In this document: positions 59,558 to 64,000 of the stretch, piece after piece
How positions within the stretch are numbered: the first letter of the stretch is position 1
How the letters are laid out: every line of letters starts with the position of its first letter
DNA from: an uncultured Gammaproteobacteria bacterium
GTDB taxonomy: Bacteria; Patescibacteriota; Microgenomatia; Levybacterales; UBA12049
Length of the DNA: 64,000 nucleotides
Direction of reading: 5' to 3'
NCBI GenBank assembly: GCA_964515545.1
Contig: CAZERI010000001.1
Coordinates: 69,625-133,624, forward strand
The notes under the pieces: generated by a model
What the model was told of the DNA's origin: nothing
Seen by the model: only the letters and a program-made list of their open reading frames with translations
Database searches by the model: none
Made by a program: the position numbers and the translations under genes

Positions 59558-60502
59558 ATGGACAATATATATGACGTAATCATCATAGGCTCAGGGCCTG
59601 CTGGGTTAACGGCTGCTATTTATACAACACGGGCAGCTCTTAAGACTCTAGTTATTGCTGGAGAAAAGTGGGGAGGACAACTCCAATTAACTTCTTTAGT
59701 TGAAAACTTCCCTGGTTTTCCTGAAGGTATTCAAGGACCAGATCTTATGCTCAATATGCGTAAGCAGGCTGAGCATCATGGTGCAGTAATTAAAGATAGT
59801 AATTTTACTACTGGTAATTTTACTAAACGACCTTTTACGATCCAGGCAGGCGGAGAAGAGTTCAAGGCGAAGTCTGTTATTCTTGCCTCAGGGGCTGACG
59901 CACGATGGTTAGGAGTTCCTGGAGAAGAAGAGCGGATTGGCAAAGGAGTTTCAAGCTGTGCGACGTGTGATTCGATGTTTTTTAGAGGGAAAAATGTCTT
60001 TGTCGTTGGAGGAGGCGATAGTGCTATGGAGGAAGCATTAGTACTCGCAAAAGTCGCTAACTCAGTAACGGTAATCCATAGACGTGATGCCTTTCGTGCC
60101 AGTGAGATCATGCAGGAGAGAGCAAAGAAAGATCCCAAAATTACTTTTCTCTTCAACTCTGAGGTGACTGAAATTAAAGGAGATATGCGGGTGCAGTCAG
60201 CTACTGTTAAGAATACCAGTACAGGAGAAATAAAAGAGATACCGGTTGATGGAATTTTTGTAGCAATTGGCCACATCCCAAACACCAAAGCCTTTCAAGG
60301 AATTGAACTGGATAATGATGGCTACATCAAAGTTCAGAATCACTACCATACCAATATCCCAGGCGTATTCACCGCAGGAGATGTACACGACAGAGCATAT
60401 CGGCAGGCTATAACTGCCTCAGGCTTTGGTGCTGCTTCGGCACTTGAGGCAGAACGCTGGCTTACTACTGACGGCTTGAATGAAGAATTTAAAGCTAACT
60501 AG
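59558..60502 (+). CDS. trxB: thioredoxin-disulfide reductase
   Basis: FAD site IIGSGPAGLTAAIY. Redox-active CATCD. NADPH site GGGDSA. Confidence 0.9.
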   Translation: MDNIYDVIIIGSGPAGLTAAIYTTRAALKTLVIAGEKWGGQLQLTSLVENFPGFPEGIQGPDLMLNMRKQAEHHGAVIKDSNFTTGNFTKRPFTIQAGGEEFKAKSVILASGADARWLGVPGEEERIGKGVSSCATCDSMFFRGKNVFVVGGGDSAMEEALVLAKVANSVTVIHRRDAFRASEIMQERAKKDPKITFLFNSEVTEIKGDMRVQSATVKNTSTGEIKEIPVDGIFVAIGHIPNTKAFQGIELDNDGYIKVQNHYHTNIPGVFTAGDVHDRAYRQAITASGFGAASALEAERWLTTDGLNEEFKAN

Positions 60503-60506
60503 GAAT

Positions 60507-61295
60507 TTAAAAAAGAAGAGATCCAACTGTTACGTTAAAGCGTTTGGCTGCACTCTTCCCCTGGGCAACGACCTCGAGGAATCGATTCTCACCATATCCA
60601 GAACTTCCAATAATAAGTCCTGCTTCCTCATTTGGAACATCCTTTAACCGGTTATAACAGGTAAGTTCTCCGATAGTGGTGGCAACTATCTTTCCTGGAG
60701 AGAAGAGGATATCATCAGCAAAAAGTGTGGTTTTGCAATTTCCAAAATTATCAATAAACCAGATCGCCTTAGGAATGTCAGGGATGTTCTCAAGAGGGTA
60801 ATCAGTACTGGGAAGATCCTTTCCTTCTTTTAGCCAATGTGCTACTCGAGGGAGGAAGTCATAGCTGCGAAACTGCGTATGAACAATATGATTTCTTTCA
60901 TTCTCTGTGAGATCTCCAGACTCAACCAGGAGAGAAGTGACAGCTGGTATATCAAAGAGATTGAACTCTCTGAGAAGTCCTAACTTTTTGACTAAAGAAA
61001 GAGTTACTCCATCAACGCTTGCAACAACTAAAGTGTTTTTGAGGGTAAAGTATCCAAAAGGTGTTCCATTAGGCCATTTTTTACCTCTACCGTGACGAGG
61101 AGCAACGTTTACCAAAATAACACCTTCTTGCCCCTCAGAGGCATCAAGCATGTCAACTAAGTTTCCGCTTGCTTCTAACTCATCCTGCTCTATCCCTACT
61201 GTGGTAACAGGAGAGTTAAAAAGCGCCATCGCGCGGGTAGCTTGACGACCAAAAGCATTTTGGTCCCGACAATCATTAATAATGGTAACAAACAT
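60507..61295 (-). CDS. possible SAM hydroxide adenosyltransferase / fluorinase-chlorinase family (DUF62-like) protein
   Basis: Weak by-eye alignment of N-terminal TIINDCRDQNAFGRQATRAMALFNSPVTTVGI to fluorinase-family [20 protein letters not shown]...PDVTVVDV. Confidence 0.35.
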   Translation of the reverse strand: MFVTIINDCRDQNAFGRQATRAMALFNSPVTTVGIEQDELEASGNLVDMLDASEGQEGVILVNVAPRHGRGKKWPNGTPFGYFTLKNTLVVASVDGVTLSLVKKLGLLREFNLFDIPAVTSLLVESGDLTENERNHIVHTQFRSYDFLPRVAHWLKEGKDLPSTDYPLENIPDIPKAIWFIDNFGNCKTTLFADDILFSPGKIVATTIGELTCYNRLKDVPNEEAGLIIGSSGYGENRFLEVVAQGKSAAKRFNVTVGSLLF

Positions 61296-61712
61296 AGATT
61301 AAAATAAAAAAACCTCGTAAAGAGGATCAAAGGGAGAAGACCGGTTCCTTCTGTAGTATACAACGTGCCTTGGCAAAGTCAAGGTGAGGAATCTTAAATG
61401 CATGGTTTTTAGGGGTAAGGGGGAGATTTTCTTTCCTCTTGACAGCCTCGAGGAAGCTATGGTACTATAGCTTTTACAGTAAATCGAAAAATTCGTTTTT
61501 TATGCCTAGATTTTCACATAGATTTTCTACTCCCAATTAGGGACTCTACTGGCCTCCAAAACGCTTTTTTTGTTTTACTTTCTTCCGATTAAATCGGAAT
61601 TCGCACCTTTTGAAGTTTTTTTACTGGCCAACTTAGTTATTAGTCTATAGCGTATAGCGGTTAGTTTTAGGGTGCAACTAAGTACTAATGGCTAAGAACT
61701 ATATCTAAATAC

Positions 61713-61785
61713 GGGCCGGTAGCTTAGTTGGTAGAGCGTCGCTTTTGCACAGCGAAGGTCGAGAGTTCGAATCTCTTCCGGTCCA
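61713..61785 (+). tRNA. tRNA-Ala (anticodon UGC), with a G3:U70 wobble pair; no encoded CCA
   Basis: Cloverleaf folded by hand: acceptor GGGCCGG/CCGGTCC with G3-T70, D-arm TAGCTTAGTTGGTAGAGC, anticodon loop TTTGCAC, T-arm GAGAGTTCGAATCTCTT, discriminator A. Confidence 0.9.
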
Positions 61786-61874
61786 CACTTTGGCAAATTC
61801 AGCAAAGCTGAAATTTGGCAAAGAGATCGAAGAGATGAGAAGCAAGCAACGCAAGTTGCAGTCCCCGTAGGGGA

Positions 61875-61891
61875 AATCTCTTCCGGTCCAC
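61875..61891 (+). repeat. exact 17-nt direct repeat of the tRNA-Ala 3' end (AATCTCTTCCGGTCCAC; first copy 61770-61786), 105 nt downstream
   Basis: Both copies read from the sequence; identical over 17 nt, and over 19 of 20 including flanks. Confidence 0.65.
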
Positions 61892-61954
61892 CCATTCGAC
61901 TCGCTTTGCTCGCTCAGGGCAAGCCAGCTAGTTTAGCTTGTCAATTTGGACAAG

Positions 61955-61977
61955 CCCCCTAGTTAGAGGGGGTTTTT
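61955..61977 (+). terminator. intrinsic terminator-like hairpin CCCCCT-AGTTAG-AGGGGG + T5 between tRNA-Ala and the 23S rRNA
   Basis: 6-bp G/C stem followed by TTTTT. Confidence 0.5.
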
Positions 61978-62089
61978 CCAAATTTGATAAGAGAGCTCTT
62001 TAACAAGTGAAGAGAATATTCCGTCCACAGCCGTGGATGGAATAAATGTTTTTGTCTAGTCCCATGAAAATTGGGACAAAATAAAAATC

Positions 62090-64000
62090 TACTCATAATG
62101 CCATTAATGGATGCCTAGGCAATGATGACCGAGGAAGGACGCACACGGCGGCGATACTCGTCGGGGAGGGGCCACGACCCTTTGATCCGGCGGTCTCCGA
62201 ATGGGGCAACCCACCAGCTTGTCTGGTAGCCTGCAGTAAACATTAGTCGTAAGACTATAATAGCTGTTGAGCTGGGAACGGCGTGAACTGAAACATCTTA
62301 GTAGCGCCAGGAATATAAATCATATGAGATTCCGTCAGTAGCGGTGAGCGAAAGCGGAACAGTCTAAACCACTTTATGTGGGGTTGTAGGGCAGACGATA
62401 TGTGATGAAGTATAGATAGCAGAAGGACTCGGAATAGTCCTCCAAAGAACGTGAAAGACGTGTATGCGAAATATATACTTCCGCTAGTTTGTACCTAAGT
62501 ACCATGGAGCACGATAAACTCTGTGGGAATCCGGGTCGACCACGATCCAAGACTAAATATCAGCATTGACCGATAGTGAACTAGTACCGCGAGGGAAAGG
62601 TGAAAAGCACCCCGGGAGGGGGATGAAATAGAACTGAAATTAATGGCTAACAAGCAGCGAAAGTCTCAGCAATGGGATGATCGCGTGCCTATTGAAGAAT
62701 GAACCGGTGAGTTATTGTTTGCAGCGTTAGTTTAAGCAAGTTTCCTTGCGTAGACAGAGTGAAAGCGTGCCCTAACCGGGCGATAGTTGCAAGTAATAGA
62801 CCCGAAACTGGGTGAGCTAACCTTGAGCAGGTTGAGTCCTACAGAAATGTAGGAGGAGGACCGCACTCGTTACCGTAGCAATGGTATGAGATGACTTGAG
62901 GTTAGGGGCAATATGCCAATCGAACCCAGAGATAGCTGGTTCTCCCCGAAATATATTATGGTATAGCGCTATGTATACTCTTACGGGGTAGAGCACTGAA
63001 TGGTTCGTGGGGGAGCAATCTCTCGCAACCAATCAAACTCCGAATACGTAAGATTTAGCATAGTAGTCAGGCTGGTCGGGCTAAGCTGATCAGTCAAAAG
63101 GGAAACAGCCCAGACTCCCATTTAAGGCCTCTAAATCAAAGCTAAGTTTTGAAGGAAGTCAAGATCCTTAGACACCCAGGAAGTTGGCTTAGAAGCAGCC
63201 ATCTTTTAAAGATAGCGTAACAGCTCACTGGCGGATGGTTCTTGGCGCCGAAAATTTATCGAGGATTAAGCTTTGTGCCGAAATTGGAGATTTGTTAGTA
63301 ATAACAAGTGGTAGGGGAGCGTTCTATTTGCAGTGAAGTTGGAGTGTAAACTCTGGTGGAGCGGATAGAAGTGAGAATGCCGGTATGAGTAGCGATAGAT
63401 AGGTGAGAAACCTATCCACCGAAAGCCCAAGGTTTCCTCCGCAATGTAAGTCAGCGGAGGGTTAGTCGACCCTAAGGGTATTCCTCGTTAAAGGGGATTA
63501 GCCCGATGGATAATCCGTTAAAATTCGGATACAGATTATATGTATGTAAGGGAGTTTCGGAGTTGGAAAAGCAGAGCTGGCTCCGGCCAGTCCAAGCAGT
63601 GAGATAGTGATGATCGGCAAATCCGTCTGTCACGTTTAATTAAGCTGTGAGTGAAAGTTTCCTAGTAATAGGGGATAATTTTGTAGTTTTCAGTTCCCAA
63701 GAAACGCTTCATTACGATCCGTAAGGATCAAAACATATAGTTTTTCGTACCGTATTACCGACACAGGTGGGCTGGTCGAGTAGACTAAGGTGATCGGGAG
63801 ACAGAGGTTTAAGGAACTCGGCAAAAAAGCTAGGCGTAACCTATGGGAGATGCCTTTCCGCAATGAGATTTGCGGACACAGCAAAAGAGTATTTAGCGAC
63901 TGTTTATCTAAAACACAGGTCCCTGCAAAGCTGAAAAGCAACGTATAGGGGCTGACACCTGCCCAGTGCCGGTAAGTCAATGATTGTCGGCTGATCCAAG
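62090..64000 (+). rRNA. rrl: 23S ribosomal RNA, 5' approx. 1.9 kb (continues beyond the window); no 16S gene upstream within the window
   Basis: Conserved 23S blocks GGATGCCTAGGC, GAACTGAAACATCTTAGTA, GATTCCGTCAGTAGCGGTGAGCGAA, CCGACACAGGTGG, CTGCCCAGTGCCGGTAAG at the expected spacing. Confidence 0.9.

Noticed and set aside
61978-62090. Attempted to call a dedicated 23S promoter between the terminator-like hairpin and the mature 23S 5' end
   Set aside because: Candidate hexamers (e.g. TTGGGA-17-CATAAT) fall on the predicted processing stem or mature 5' end and are not convincing. The promoter could instead be upstream of the tRNA, with a leaky terminator.

Overview
The window is a 64-kb low-GC (about 40%) bacterial chromosomal segment with small, tightly packed genes, many of them overlapping. 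The gene content suggests a reduced-genome lineage, possibly Patescibacteria/CPR-like: a DUF4012-type giant surface protein, an archaeal-type UMP kinase, an ATP-dependent DNA ligase, a short YidC, and a 23S rRNA gene not preceded by a 16S. It opens with a secreted cell-wall hydrolase cluster followed by the classical replication-origin neighbourhood (dnaN-dnaA | rpmH-rnpA-yidD-yidC-jag) with a perfect DnaA box. Then come surface-glycan genes (an O-antigen-ligase-like protein and a DUF4012 giant membrane protein), TerC and DedA membrane proteins, and a gluconeogenic cluster (pgk-fbp and a long-form class II aldolase). Next are an OmpR-type winged-helix regulator followed by phased direct repeats in front of valS, then rplY(Ctc), ruvCAB, a P-type ATPase, a class A beta-lactamase-like hydrolase, comM, murD and tgt. 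A sigma70 promoter drives a Trp-specific T-box leader upstream of a small unknown ORF and trpS, followed by a MutY-like glycosylase without an Fe-S cluster, ftsH, a 5'-3' exonuclease and a GT4 glycosyltransferase carrying heptanucleotide repeats. The main anomaly is a 1.3-kb GC-rich island (40.55-41.8 kb) full of perfect palindromes with a Cys-rich mini-ORF and no dominant reading frame. After it come mutM, pyrH (archaeal type), recF, an ABC1/UbiB kinase flanked by paralogous mini membrane ORFs, and a Fic / ATP-dependent DNA ligase / PHP-phosphoesterase cluster. Then pth, an alkyltransferase-like (ATL) protein, a ZIP transporter, a thiol-disulfide island (two DsbA-like, one DsbB-like, a CPGC membrane protein, trxA, trxB) and a DUF62-like protein. 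The window ends with tRNA-Ala(UGC), whose 3' 17 nt are duplicated 105 nt downstream, and the 5' approx. 1.9 kb of a 23S rRNA. Many promoters place the -10 element only 4-14 nt from the start codon, suggesting leaderless mRNAs. No CRISPR array, transposase or integrase was seen.
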